DNA of 64,000 nucleotides from an uncultured Gemmatimonadota bacterium. Its GTDB lineage: Bacteria; JAAXHH01. This document shows, piece after piece, positions 27,030 through 36,463 of this stretch. The first letter of the stretch is position 1; each line of letters opens with the position of its first letter. Position numbers and translations under genes: made by a program. The notes beneath the pieces are model-generated. The model worked only from the letters and a program-made list of their open reading frames with translations. It did no database searches and was not told where the DNA came from. The stretch covers positions 2,272,001 to 2,336,000 of the forward strand of contig OX638340.1 of assembly GCA_951812955.1 (NCBI GenBank), written 5' to 3'.

Positions 27030-29555
27030 CTACTGTTCCAACAGCATGAAGCTGGTCGTCCTGGTTGCGCGCTGCCCGGAATGCCGGTCCTCAAGCGTCA
27101 CCGCGAGCACATACACACCGGCCGTCAGGTCCGTGGTATCGATCGCCGTGTACTCGGCTTCCTCGGACGTATCGCCCTCGCCCTCATACGACAGAACGAC
27201 GGTCTGCAGGTCGCCGGACCGATCAACCGGACGGCCGCCCGTATCCGGCATGCCCTCGGGTTTGATCTCGTAGTAGGTCTGGTAGGAGGTCCGTCCCGCT
27301 TCGTCTCTGTCCAGGTTATAGATCTCGTAATACACGTACACCAACTGGCCCCGCCCATATGCGCGCAACGGATGCGGCACGATGTTCAGCCCTTTCCTGA
27401 CGAACGATCCGGTCTGGTCGGTCGGCGTTATACCGGTAGACATCTTGAGGCCGCTGATCATCAGATCGCGTCCCTGGTAATCGGGGATGGAAACCGGTTT
27501 CCTGTAGACGCCGATGCGCTGGGAGGTTTCATCCTGCATCTCCACGGCCGCCGTGAACTGTCCCGAAGGCACCAGGACATCGACGGCCAGCGTGTAGGCC
27601 GATACCCGGGCCTGTTCGGAGCTTATCATCCGCTTCGGCCGTTCGATGGGACCGAAGCGGAACTTCTGATTAAGCACCGGCTTGTTTACCGTATCGCGCA
27701 GCGTGGCCTGGTTTCTCAGGAAAGTTTCGTTTCCAAGGCCGTCGGTGACGTCTCCGAACTGCCAGACTGGAAGGCTGTAGACCAGTTCCATTACCGTTTT
27801 CTTGCCGTTCCCCCGGAAAGTGGTGATGTCGAAGGCATAGTCCAGGCCGTCGCCTCCGAAATCGTGCTCGTAGTCTTCCGGGCTACGCTCGATCAGCTGT
27901 TCGGCGATCCGCTGGGGATGATGCATTTCCTCCTTCTGAATTTCGTTGAATGCAGCGTTGTTATCGGGTTCCGTGGAGATCATCAGCGTGCGCAGGGGGT
28001 AGTCGAACCGGCCCCCTCCCATCTGGTCGACGAAGAACAATTCCATGTCGTGCGCCGCGTATACCCAGCTCTCCGACCTGTAAGACGGCCCCATCGCCCG
28101 TCTTTGAACGATCCTGGTTTCGTAGTTGACCTCGGATTGATCATTTAATGAAGACTCTTCTGTGGCTACGTTGTCCGCGGTGAGGTTGTTCACGGTCAGA
28201 AGTGATGCAGCGCCGAAGCCCGCGCGATTCTTCGTGTCCTGTTCCAGCTGGACGGACACCTGTCCCCGGTCCACTTTCAAGCGGTAACCGAACTGCCAGT
28301 TCTTTTCGCGAATGGCGTCCACGGCCGGATTGCCGGTGGGCATGTAGATATCTCTTGGGTCCTCGTATGAGCGGAAGAGAAACCGTCGGCGGTCGTCGGG
28401 CTCGCCATAGCGGACGTATATCTCCCCACGACGGTCGTAGGGGAACCGAGCCGAGGAAAAGTGTATACGTGCATACATCACCCGCTTGTAATGTTCGACC
28501 AGGCGTTCGTTCTCGACCGTGGCTGGATTCGGGTCCCGGGCATTCCAGAAGTCCTGCCACAACCTGTCGCGGGCCGGTCCTTTCGCGGCCTCCCAGGCCG
28601 CCAGCTCGTCGGGAGAAGCCACGTGGGCCAGGTCCCAGTAAATCTCCTGTTCCTCGGACTCAAGCCCCTTGATGTAGGTCTCCAGCGACCGCTGCAGCAG
28701 GTCGTACTGTTTCTTCGAACTCATGGACAGCGCTTCGAACTGCGTCAGCATGGTCCGGATCAGGTCGGGCGTGATACCCTCCATCTCCTCCGCCATCTTC
28801 CGGAGCTGTTCTGCGCCCCGCTCGTAATATTCGAACCGGTGACAGATGCCGGCGAATTTCCGAAGCGTCTCGGGATGGTCCGGATTGACCTGGTACTGTC
28901 TCAGGTAATTAGTCAGCGCCTTGATGTAGTCGTCGTAACGGTCCCTGACGCGCTTCCCGTGGTCCGCCAGCTTCAGTTCCTCGTAACAACGGCCGAGTTG
29001 ATAGAATGCGTCCGGATGCTCGGGATCCAATTCTACAGTCCGCTCAAAGTACGCCCGGCCATCCTGATGACTGCCGATCAGCCAGGCGGTATCGACCTGG
29101 TCCATGTACGTCAGGCCCATGATGTACTGGATCTGGGCGTTTTCGGGATCCAGTCTCATGGCGGTGCGCAACGCCTTCCGGGCATCGAGGCGCCGGTGCG
29201 GCATGCGATTGTATACGAGCCCCAGGCCCATATGGCCAGGTGCCCATTTCCTGTCTCTCCTGACCGCGTGCTTGAAGGCCTTGAGCGCTTCTGCGTCCCT
29301 GTTCAGTGCGAACAGGGCCATGCCGAGCCAGTAGTGGCCGGAAGCACTGTTCTTATTATCCAGTACCGCCTGCTGCAACGGAGGCAGCGCTTCACGGTAC
29401 ATGCCCAGTTCGTAGTAGCGTTTGCCTTCTTCAAGCGATGACTGGCTTGCCAGCCCTGCATCCGGCGGCAAGGCGGACTGGGCCTGCGAGCGACCGAATG
29501 GGACCCACACGGTCAGAATCAGTGCGGCGGTTGAAATGAAACGGAGTGTAGTCAT
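27030..29555 (-). CDS. secreted TPR-repeat protein with GWxTD-like domain (paralogue 1)
   Basis: Start at MTTLRFISTAALILTVWVPFGRSQAQ (signal peptide). TPR repeats, then ...FWNARDPNPATVENERLVEHYKRVMYARIHFS...PYDRRGEIYVRYGEPDDRR, which follows the FW..RDP...NE...Y..R...A...F...GWxTDRG.IY..YG.P layout, but the GW is replaced by PY. Confidence 0.65.
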   Translation of the reverse strand: MTTLRFISTAALILTVWVPFGRSQAQSALPPDAGLASQSSLEEGKRYYELGMYREALPPLQQAVLDNKNSASGHYWLGMALFALNRDAEALKAFKHAVRRDRKWAPGHMGLGLVYNRMPHRRLDARKALRTAMRLDPENAQIQYIMGLTYMDQVDTAWLIGSHQDGRAYFERTVELDPEHPDAFYQLGRCYEELKLADHGKRVRDRYDDYIKALTNYLRQYQVNPDHPETLRKFAGICHRFEYYERGAEQLRKMAEEMEGITPDLIRTMLTQFEALSMSSKKQYDLLQRSLETYIKGLESEEQEIYWDLAHVASPDELAAWEAAKGPARDRLWQDFWNARDPNPATVENERLVEHYKRVMYARIHFSSARFPYDRRGEIYVRYGEPDDRRRFLFRSYEDPRDIYMPTGNPAVDAIREKNWQFGYRLKVDRGQVSVQLEQDTKNRAGFGAASLLTVNNLTADNVATEESSLNDQSEVNYETRIVQRRAMGPSYRSESWVYAAHDMELFFVDQMGGGRFDYPLRTLMISTEPDNNAAFNEIQKEEMHHPQRIAEQLIERSPEDYEHDFGGDGLDYAFDITTFRGNGKKTVMELVYSLPVWQFGDVTDGLGNETFLRNQATLRDTVNKPVLNQKFRFGPIERPKRMISSEQARVSAYTLAVDVLVPSGQFTAAVEMQDETSQRIGVYRKPVSIPDYQGRDLMISGLKMSTGITPTDQTGSFVRKGLNIVPHPLRAYGRGQLVYVYYEIYNLDRDEAGRTSYQTYYEIKPEGMPDTGGRPVDRSGDLQTVVLSYEGEGDTSEEAEYTAIDTTDLTAGVYVLAVTLEDRHSGQRATRTTSFMLLEQ

Positions 29556-29574
29556 GATCTCTATGTGATAAACC

Positions 29575-29631
29575 GGGTACGGTATGGCCTGCAAGGTACG
29601 GTGTAGCCCGCATGGTACGATATGGCCTGCG
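29575..29631. promoter_or_regulatory. 3 x 19-bp direct repeats upstream of TPR-GWxTD paralogue 1
   Basis: gggtacggtatggcctgca / aggtacggtgtagcccgca / tggtacgatatggcctgcg, ending 20 nt upstream of the ATG at 29555. Confidence 0.4.
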
Positions 29632-29704
29632 AACAAACTGAACCGTCGATCAAAGCGGCTGTTTCCCCACACGTTCGGCGACGCGGGGAAGACCGAAGAA
29701 AGTC

Positions 29705-32125
29705 CTACCGTTCCATGACCAGGAAGTTGGCTGATTTGGAAACGGTACTTCCCGCGTGCAGGTCGGTAAGCCTGACAGTAAGTATATACTCACCCGCCGG
29801 CAGACCCGAAGTATCCAATGAAGTATACTCACGGTCCTCGGCTGAAGACCCTTCTCCCGCGAAGGCCATCATTACCGTCTGCATGTCTCTTTGCCTGCGG
29901 GCCGACCAGCCACGCCTTTCAGTAACCTCCAGGGGGCTGATCTCGTAGTGGAATTCGTACGCTGTTCTCTTCTCCCTGTCCAGGCTGAGGTTGTATATCT
30001 CGCAGTAAACGTAAACGGGGTTTCCCCGAAGGTAGAGCCGTCCCGGATTGGGCGTGATGTTCAATCCCTTGCGCACAAAGGGGCCCTGTACGCCTGTCGG
30101 AGCGATGATGGTGGCCAACTTGAGATCGCTGATGAGTAATTCTTCGCCGCTGTAATCAGACAGGGTGACTGGCTTGCGATACACTCCGATCCGGCTCGTC
30201 GTCTCGTCCTGCACCTGGACCGCCAGCGTGAAGCGTCCCGCCGGCGCCACGACGCTAGCGGGCAACGAATACACCGGGACATTCACTTGGCTTTCGGCCA
30301 TCGGCCCCTTCGGCCGGTCGAAGGGGCCGAAACCGAACTCGTGGGTGAACTGCGGGCTCATGGTCGAATCACGCAGGGTGACCAGGTGCGCGAGCCGGGT
30401 CCTGATCCCTCTGCCGTCCGACACCTCACCGAACTGCCATATGGGTATGCTGTAGGACAGATCCAGTTCCGTTGCACCGTTGTCCGCCCTGAAACTTACG
30501 GCGTCGAAGGCGTACTCGAGCGGCTCTCCGCCGTAGTCGTGCAGGTATTCCTCCGGGGCTTTGGCGATCAGTTCTTTGGCGAGCCGCCGGGGACTGAACC
30601 TTTCCTGCCGGGCCATCGCCTGCGGGTTGGTAAGCAGGTTGCCCTGGGGGTAATCGAATCGGCCCCCGCCGAACTGGTCGACGAAGAACAGTTCCAGGCC
30701 ATGCCGGACGTATACCCAGCTCTCGGTAGTGTATCCCGCACCCATTTCCTTTCTCTCCCTCTGCAGGTCAAAGACCGCGGATGATGCAACGATTCCGTCG
30801 GCCAGCGTTCCGCCAAGGGAGTCCAGTTCTGCTACAGTTACCCCCTCGGGCGGGACGATCGTCAAATTGCCCCGGTCGACACGCAATTGATAGCCAAACC
30901 GGTTATTCTGCTCTCGGATCGCGTCCACTGCCGCGTCATCGGAAATCGTAGCACTTTGATAGGCAATCCGATCTGCGTTATAGACGTTGCCGCGGCGGTC
31001 TTCCGGTTCACCGTAACGGACGTACATCTCGCCGCGGCGGTCATAGGGGTGCTGTCCCTGTGAAAAATGGTACCGGGCATACATTACGCGACGGTAATGC
31101 GCTACGAGGCGTTCGTTGGTCACGGTGGCGGGATTCGAATCCCTGGCATTCCAGAAGGCATGCCAGCGCGCATCGCGTTCGAGTCCGCCGGCTTCCTTCC
31201 AGGACGCCAGCTCGTCAGGAGTAGCCACGTGCGCCAGATCCCGGTAAACGCGCTGTTCGTCAGGGCCAAGAAGGGAAATGTACGTTTCAAAAATCCCATG
31301 CAGCACATCCGGCCGTGATTTCGAGTCTTCGGAAAGCGTGCTGAATTGCGTAAGCAGGGTCTGGACGATAGCTGAACCCGAATCTTCAAGTTCTGCTCCG
31401 GCATGTTCCAGTAACTCAACGGCCAGACCATACCTTTCGGAAAGAAGGGCCAGATAGACGAAACGGCCGAGTGCGTCGTAATGGCCGGGATTTACCTTGA
31501 ACTGCGAGATATATGCCGCCATCGCCTTGTCGAATTCGGGCGACTCGGGCCGTTCAAAACAACGGCCGATCTGAAAATACGCATCGGGATGGGAAGGATC
31601 CAATACCGCCGCTTTGAGGAAATAGTTCCGGCCGTCCCGGCCGCCACCCAGAATCCGGTCGGTCTTTCGCGGATTCATATGGGCGATTCCGATATGGTAC
31701 TGGATTTCCGGGTCGTCAGGCGCCAGCCTGGCCGCCATACGCAAGGCGTGACGCGCGTCCAGTCTTCGGTATTTCAACTGAATGTAGGACTTGCCCAGCC
31801 CCACGTAGCCTAACGCCAACTTCTCGTCCAGTTCGACTGAACGCTTGAACGAACTTACCGCCTTCCGGTATTGCTCCAACCCGTATTGAGCCATGCCGAG
31901 CCAGTAGTGGGCGGGCGCCGAACCCCCATCAGCCTCGACGGCCTGATTAAAGTACGGCAATGCTTCCGCGAACTTTTCCTGGTCGAATAGCGTCCGGCCC
32001 GCTTCCAGGGGAGTCCGCTGGCCGGTTTCAGCGACTGTATCCGTTGCGGAGGATTGGGCCTGTAGGCGACCCTGCATGAGTAAAACGAGCAGCACCGCTA
32101 CCAGAAGAACAGGGTATCTGGTCAT
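29705..32125 (-). CDS. secreted TPR-repeat protein with GWxTD-like domain (paralogue 2)
   Basis: 806 aa. Signal peptide MTRYPVLLVAVLLVLLMQGRLQAQS. TPR repeats. ...FWNARDSNPATVTNERLVAHYRRVMYARYHFS...HPYDRRGEMYVRYGEPEDRR. Collinear with paralogue 1. Confidence 0.65.
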   Translation of the reverse strand: MTRYPVLLVAVLLVLLMQGRLQAQSSATDTVAETGQRTPLEAGRTLFDQEKFAEALPYFNQAVEADGGSAPAHYWLGMAQYGLEQYRKAVSSFKRSVELDEKLALGYVGLGKSYIQLKYRRLDARHALRMAARLAPDDPEIQYHIGIAHMNPRKTDRILGGGRDGRNYFLKAAVLDPSHPDAYFQIGRCFERPESPEFDKAMAAYISQFKVNPGHYDALGRFVYLALLSERYGLAVELLEHAGAELEDSGSAIVQTLLTQFSTLSEDSKSRPDVLHGIFETYISLLGPDEQRVYRDLAHVATPDELASWKEAGGLERDARWHAFWNARDSNPATVTNERLVAHYRRVMYARYHFSQGQHPYDRRGEMYVRYGEPEDRRGNVYNADRIAYQSATISDDAAVDAIREQNNRFGYQLRVDRGNLTIVPPEGVTVAELDSLGGTLADGIVASSAVFDLQRERKEMGAGYTTESWVYVRHGLELFFVDQFGGGRFDYPQGNLLTNPQAMARQERFSPRRLAKELIAKAPEEYLHDYGGEPLEYAFDAVSFRADNGATELDLSYSIPIWQFGEVSDGRGIRTRLAHLVTLRDSTMSPQFTHEFGFGPFDRPKGPMAESQVNVPVYSLPASVVAPAGRFTLAVQVQDETTSRIGVYRKPVTLSDYSGEELLISDLKLATIIAPTGVQGPFVRKGLNITPNPGRLYLRGNPVYVYCEIYNLSLDREKRTAYEFHYEISPLEVTERRGWSARRQRDMQTVMMAFAGEGSSAEDREYTSLDTSGLPAGEYILTVRLTDLHAGSTVSKSANFLVMER

Positions 32126-32237
32126 GCCAAACCAACTTGTAGGGGGAAATGACGAAAAGAGATGGAACCTGCTTTAACAGATCCAGGTAATGCCTGCAAC
32201 CTACCCTTATTCGCGGCCACAGTCAAACAAAAGCGGC

Positions 32238-34610
32238 CTAATCTCGCCGCAGGGTGTCCGCCGGGTTGAGCATGGCGCTTCGGAAGGTATGCACGCTCAC
32301 GGTGAGCAGGGCGGTGGCCAGGACAACCAGTCCCGCCGCGACGAAAGGCGCAGCACCGATCTCCGTCCGGTAGGCGAAGTCCGCCAGCCACTCGTTCATG
32401 AGCCACCAGGCGGCCGGCCAGGCGAGGACGTTGCCGATCACCACGAGGACGACGAACTGCCTCGACAGCAGGCCGACTATATCTGAGACCGCGGCGCCCA
32501 TCACCTTGCGGATGCCGACTTCCCGCGTGCGGCGCGCGATGTCCAGCGACACGAGTCCATATACACCCAGGCAGGCGATCAGCAGGGCGAATACCGCGGA
32601 ATAGGTGAAAATGCGCGCAAGGTTGGCTTCACCCTCGTAGAATCGGGCGATGTCGTCATCAAGGAAGGAATACTCGAAAAGCGATTCCGGGGCGATCTCC
32701 ATCCATGCCGCTCTCAACAGATCCAACGTGGCAGGCAGGTCCCGCCCGCTGACGCGTACCAGGAGGAAATTAACACCACCCTGGGTTTCCTCCCCGAAGG
32801 AAGCGGGATTCATCGTCAGGATTACCGGCTCTATTTCTTGATGCATCGACTGGTAGTGGTAGTCCTCCAACACGCCGATGACCGTATATCCGTGGGGCAG
32901 GGTCCGTCCGAGGGGGTCGTCCCATTCCATCACCCTGGCCGCGGCTTGGTTGATTATACATGACCCGGATTCGTCGTTGCCGAACTCCCGGGAAAAATCT
33001 CGTCCTGAGACCAGGTTCAGCTCTAGCGCCTTCACGTAATCGTAATCCACCGTGAACATATATGCTTCAAGCTTGTTCCCGTCCTTATCTGTATAGGCGG
33101 ACTGACCCAGGCCCCGACCGAAGGTGTTGGAAGCTCCCGTCACCAGGATTACGTTCTCATACGAGTTTATCCTGGATTTATAGACGTCCGCGGAGTTGGA
33201 ATTGGGCCCCATGTGGATGACGATGACGTTTTCCTTGTTGTATCCCAGATCTGTGTTCATGACGAAGTCCAACTGTCGGGTCATGACGAGTATGGAAACA
33301 ACGAGTAAGGCAGACAGGCCGAACTGGACGACCATCAGGCCGCGGATAACCAGGTTTGGGCTCCCGATCCGAACCTGATGTCTGAATACGGCAACGGGAT
33401 TGAAACGGGAGAGGATCAGGGCGGGATAGCTCCCGGACGCCAGGGCAACCAGGCCAGTCAACACTAGTAGCGCGGCGATCGTAGAGCCGTTGGAGAGATA
33501 ATCTAGGACGTATGAGCTTCCCGCCAGCGTGTTGAATACAGGAAGAAACAGGTGGGCCAGGATAACGCCTAAGATGAGGGCGAAGCAACTCAACACCGCG
33601 GTCTCACCCAGGAACTGTTTCATGATCTGGGTTTTCTGCGCACCGAACACCTTCCGCAGTCCAACCTCCCTGGCGCGCGAAGACGATCGGCAGAAGGCCA
33701 GGTTCATGAAATTCACGCAGGCGATGAAAAGAACGAAAAGCGCCGTGCAAATCAGTATGTAAGACCTGTTGGGATCGCTCGTGGTACCCTGGCCAAACCT
33801 CACACCCTGAGCAAGATACATGTCCGTTAAAGGCTGCAATTCCAGGTATGGCGATCCCATCTGTGAAAAATGAGTCTCGACAAAACCCGGCAACTGGTTT
33901 TCAAGCATGTCTGCCATTTCCGGATCCGACAGCTCGACGTAGGTTGAGGAGACACTGTAGTTCCAATTGCCGATCGCCTGATTCGTCCAGTTGTCGATAG
34001 CAAACATTTTGTCGAAGGGGATCAGGAAATCGAACCGTATGCTGGAATTAACCGGAGTGTTCTCTGCTACCCCGGCCACCAAAAACGGTTCACCTCGTAT
34101 CGTGAGTTGCCTGCCCAGGGGGCTTCCCGTCCCAAAATACTTCTCGGCGGCGGACTGGCTGATCACCACCGAGTTCAGTTCGTTCAGGACCGTCCCGGGA
34201 TCACCTTCGATCAATGGGAAGGAGAACACGCTGAATATCGATGGATCGCTATACAGAACGTGTTCTTCCCGGAACACATCATTACCAACACGGACTTCCG
34301 CCCCTCCGGTGGTTCGTATTCGCACGGTCTGTTCGACGCCGGGATACTGTTCCTTAAAGGCAGCGGCAAGTGGAAGAGGGGTAATCCCACTGGTATATAA
34401 GTTATCCTCGAAACCTGATCCACCGACGTTGACCCGGTAGATCCGGTCCGCCTTCTCGTGAAAGGCGTCGTAGGTCCACTCCTGGCGCACGAAGAGAAAT
34501 ACGAGGAGGCTGCAGGCGATGCCGGTGGACAGGCCCAGCGTGTTGATGAAGAAGTAGCCCTTGTTGCCGAACAGGTGCCGAAACGCGATGACAAGGTGGT
34601 TTTTCAGCAT
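32238..34610 (-). CDS. orphan FtsX/MacB-type ABC permease (copy A)
   Basis: 790 aa: MLKNHLVIAFRHLFGNKGYFFINTLGLSTGIAC.... Two FtsX modules (...AREVGLRKVFGA..., ...TREVGIRKVMGA...). No ATPase gene nearby. Confidence 0.85.
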   Translation of the reverse strand: MLKNHLVIAFRHLFGNKGYFFINTLGLSTGIACSLLVFLFVRQEWTYDAFHEKADRIYRVNVGGSGFEDNLYTSGITPLPLAAAFKEQYPGVEQTVRIRTTGGAEVRVGNDVFREEHVLYSDPSIFSVFSFPLIEGDPGTVLNELNSVVISQSAAEKYFGTGSPLGRQLTIRGEPFLVAGVAENTPVNSSIRFDFLIPFDKMFAIDNWTNQAIGNWNYSVSSTYVELSDPEMADMLENQLPGFVETHFSQMGSPYLELQPLTDMYLAQGVRFGQGTTSDPNRSYILICTALFVLFIACVNFMNLAFCRSSSRAREVGLRKVFGAQKTQIMKQFLGETAVLSCFALILGVILAHLFLPVFNTLAGSSYVLDYLSNGSTIAALLVLTGLVALASGSYPALILSRFNPVAVFRHQVRIGSPNLVIRGLMVVQFGLSALLVVSILVMTRQLDFVMNTDLGYNKENVIVIHMGPNSNSADVYKSRINSYENVILVTGASNTFGRGLGQSAYTDKDGNKLEAYMFTVDYDYVKALELNLVSGRDFSREFGNDESGSCIINQAAARVMEWDDPLGRTLPHGYTVIGVLEDYHYQSMHQEIEPVILTMNPASFGEETQGGVNFLLVRVSGRDLPATLDLLRAAWMEIAPESLFEYSFLDDDIARFYEGEANLARIFTYSAVFALLIACLGVYGLVSLDIARRTREVGIRKVMGAAVSDIVGLLSRQFVVLVVIGNVLAWPAAWWLMNEWLADFAYRTEIGAAPFVAAGLVVLATALLTVSVHTFRSAMLNPADTLRRD

Positions 34611-34687
34611 GATCGTTTTGCCTCCTGTCGCTTACGAGCTGTAAGCCGGAAAACGTTCCTGAGGAAACACGATCTTGGAATGGCAAA

Positions 34688-34718
34688 GGGGATCTACGGT
34701 TTCGACCCGTCGATCCCC
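34688..34718 (-). other. conserved hairpin in the Big_2-permease spacer (copy A)
   Basis: ggggatc-t-acgg-tttcgac-ccgt-c-gatcccc. On the transcribed strand it is followed by TTTGCCATT. It lies in a ~75-nt block nearly identical to 39608-39680, although the flanking coding sequence has diverged. Confidence 0.4.
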
Positions 34719-34779
34719 TGAAAAGTTGCATGTTGGTAACTATTGCGATGCCGGAACTTACGTAGTGCATTCCCGACTG

Positions 34780-36381
34780 TCAGTCAACGACAAACGTGTT
34801 TTCACTACGGCGAAAACTCCTATCATCGCCAAACGAAACATCATAAACCAGTCTATACTCACCGGCGACTTCCGGATCGTATGGGCAAGCGTCGAATTCC
34901 ACCCGTGTGGCCTCGATGTCTTCCCATGTACTGCCCATATCGTCGCTTCGCTGCCATACGGAGTAATGGACCGTCATGGGGATACCTAACGGCTGAGTTG
35001 GGTAGTTGTTTAGTTCAGCACGAAAGAGTGAACTTGCACAGTATTCTATAGTTATAGGAGTATATCCTGGTCCCGTGAATATCAACTTACCGGGCTCGAC
35101 CTTCCAACCTTCCCACGGGACATAGACTATCTCGTCGACTGGCTCGTCGACGCCTTCGCCGCCATCCCCGCCATCCCCGCCTTCACCACCTTCCCCTTCA
35201 GTCGGAACCATGACCGTGATACTCACCATGGCCGACACGTCGCCGGACGCGGCCGTGACTACGGCCATGCCGTTGCCCACCGCTTCTACCAATCCATCCT
35301 CGTCCACGGTGATCACGTTTTCGTCACCGCTCGTCCACGTGACGGCCGGTTCGGCAATGGCATTGTCGTTCCCGTCGCTGACGGAAACCATGAGTTGCAG
35401 GGTCTGTTCGATCTCGGTCAGCGTGGTGGCATCGGGTGCGACCTCGATGCTGATGCCGGCCGGAACCTGGGCGACGGTGATCGACGCAGTCCCCATAGCG
35501 TCTCCGGCCTGTGCCGTGATCTCCGCCATGCCGTTGTCCACCGCGGTCACAAGCCCGTTCTCGTCCACGGTGGCCACGGCGTCATCGGCGCTTGACCAGG
35601 TCACCATCACGTCCTCCATCGCGTTTTCGTGCTGGTCCAGCACGACGGCCGCGAGTTCCACGGTGTCGCCGATCGCTTCCAGCGTGTGCGCAGCGGGCTC
35701 GATCGTCAGGCTCGTCGGCACGGATACGGATACCGTGATGGACGCACTGGCGGACAGGCTGCCGGATGTGGCCGTGATCTCAGCCATCCCGTTACTCACC
35801 GCCGTTACAAGGCCCGCCCCGCTCACGGTCGCCACGGCGTCGTCGCCGCTCGACCAGGTGATGGACTGGCCGGACATGATGTTGTTCCGCTGATCCCGCA
35901 CCGTAGCCGACAACTGTACCGTTTCCCCGATCGCCTTCAGCGTATGGGACGTCGGTGCGACCGTGATCCGGGTCGGCACCGGCTCGGCCACCGTGATGTT
36001 CGCAGTGCCCGTCGCGTTGCCGGACTGCGCCCTTATTTGCGCGGCGCCGTTGGCCACGGCCGTCACCAGGCCATTTCCGCTGACAGTCGCCACCGCGGTA
36101 TTGCTGCTCGACCAAGTCACCGCCTGGCCGGTCATCGGATTGTTGTTCTGGTCCCTCACCATGGCCATCAGTTGCACGGTCGCGCCAATCGTCGCCAGCG
36201 TGTGCGAAGACGGCGTGACAGAAATGCTCGTCGCAACGGGCGCAGGCGGTGGAGCAGGCGGGGTCGGTGTGGACGGCTCGGGACTCGTCGGGCTGCTGTC
36301 CCCGCCACCGCATCCCGCCAGAAAAACCAGGTACAAGGATGCCGTGATCTTGGCGAACACGCGACTGTATGGACCAAACAC
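34780..36381 (-). CDS. lipoprotein with four Big_2 (bacterial Ig-like) domains and a Cys-containing C-terminal domain (copy A)
   Basis: 533 aa. GTG start after AAAGGAG. Lipobox LVFLAGCGG and Pro-rich linker. Four repeats of ...TLxAIGxTVQL...VxWSSxxxxVATVxxxGLVTAVxNG.AxIxA... Gly/Glu/Asp linker GEGGEGGDGGDGGEG. The ~120-aa C-terminal domain is unassigned. Confidence 0.85.
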   Translation of the reverse strand: MFGPYSRVFAKITASLYLVFLAGCGGGDSSPTSPEPSTPTPPAPPPAPVATSISVTPSSHTLATIGATVQLMAMVRDQNNNPMTGQAVTWSSSNTAVATVSGNGLVTAVANGAAQIRAQSGNATGTANITVAEPVPTRITVAPTSHTLKAIGETVQLSATVRDQRNNIMSGQSITWSSGDDAVATVSGAGLVTAVSNGMAEITATSGSLSASASITVSVSVPTSLTIEPAAHTLEAIGDTVELAAVVLDQHENAMEDVMVTWSSADDAVATVDENGLVTAVDNGMAEITAQAGDAMGTASITVAQVPAGISIEVAPDATTLTEIEQTLQLMVSVSDGNDNAIAEPAVTWTSGDENVITVDEDGLVEAVGNGMAVVTAASGDVSAMVSITVMVPTEGEGGEGGDGGDGGEGVDEPVDEIVYVPWEGWKVEPGKLIFTGPGYTPITIEYCASSLFRAELNNYPTQPLGIPMTVHYSVWQRSDDMGSTWEDIEATRVEFDACPYDPEVAGEYRLVYDVSFGDDRSFRRSENTFVVD

Positions 36382-36463
36382 TGCTGTCTCCTTTCGGCTA
36401 ATTACTGAAAAGCGGTTCGTTGTAATCTACCGTTCTTGATCTCGATGAACAGATTATCTGACT

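Noticed and set aside
27015-27035. RNase P-like GAAGAAAGTCC string (also at about 29690-29705)
   Set aside because: It is only an 11-nt match. Both occurrences are the conserved sequence immediately 3' of the stop codons of the two paralogous TPR-GWxTD genes, with no surrounding RNase P structure.
32122-32406. 94-aa ORF conserved in both duplication units (also 37054-37338)
   Set aside because: Its conservation is explained by the segmental duplication. It overlaps the permease 3' end and the spacer on the same (minus) strand in a different reading frame, and has an Arg/Gly-rich junk-like sequence.
34780-35200. Diversity-generating retroelement acting on the variable C-terminal domains of the Big_2 proteins
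   Set aside because: Differences between the two copies involve all base types rather than adenine-specific substitutions. No template repeat or reverse transcriptase gene lies in the window.
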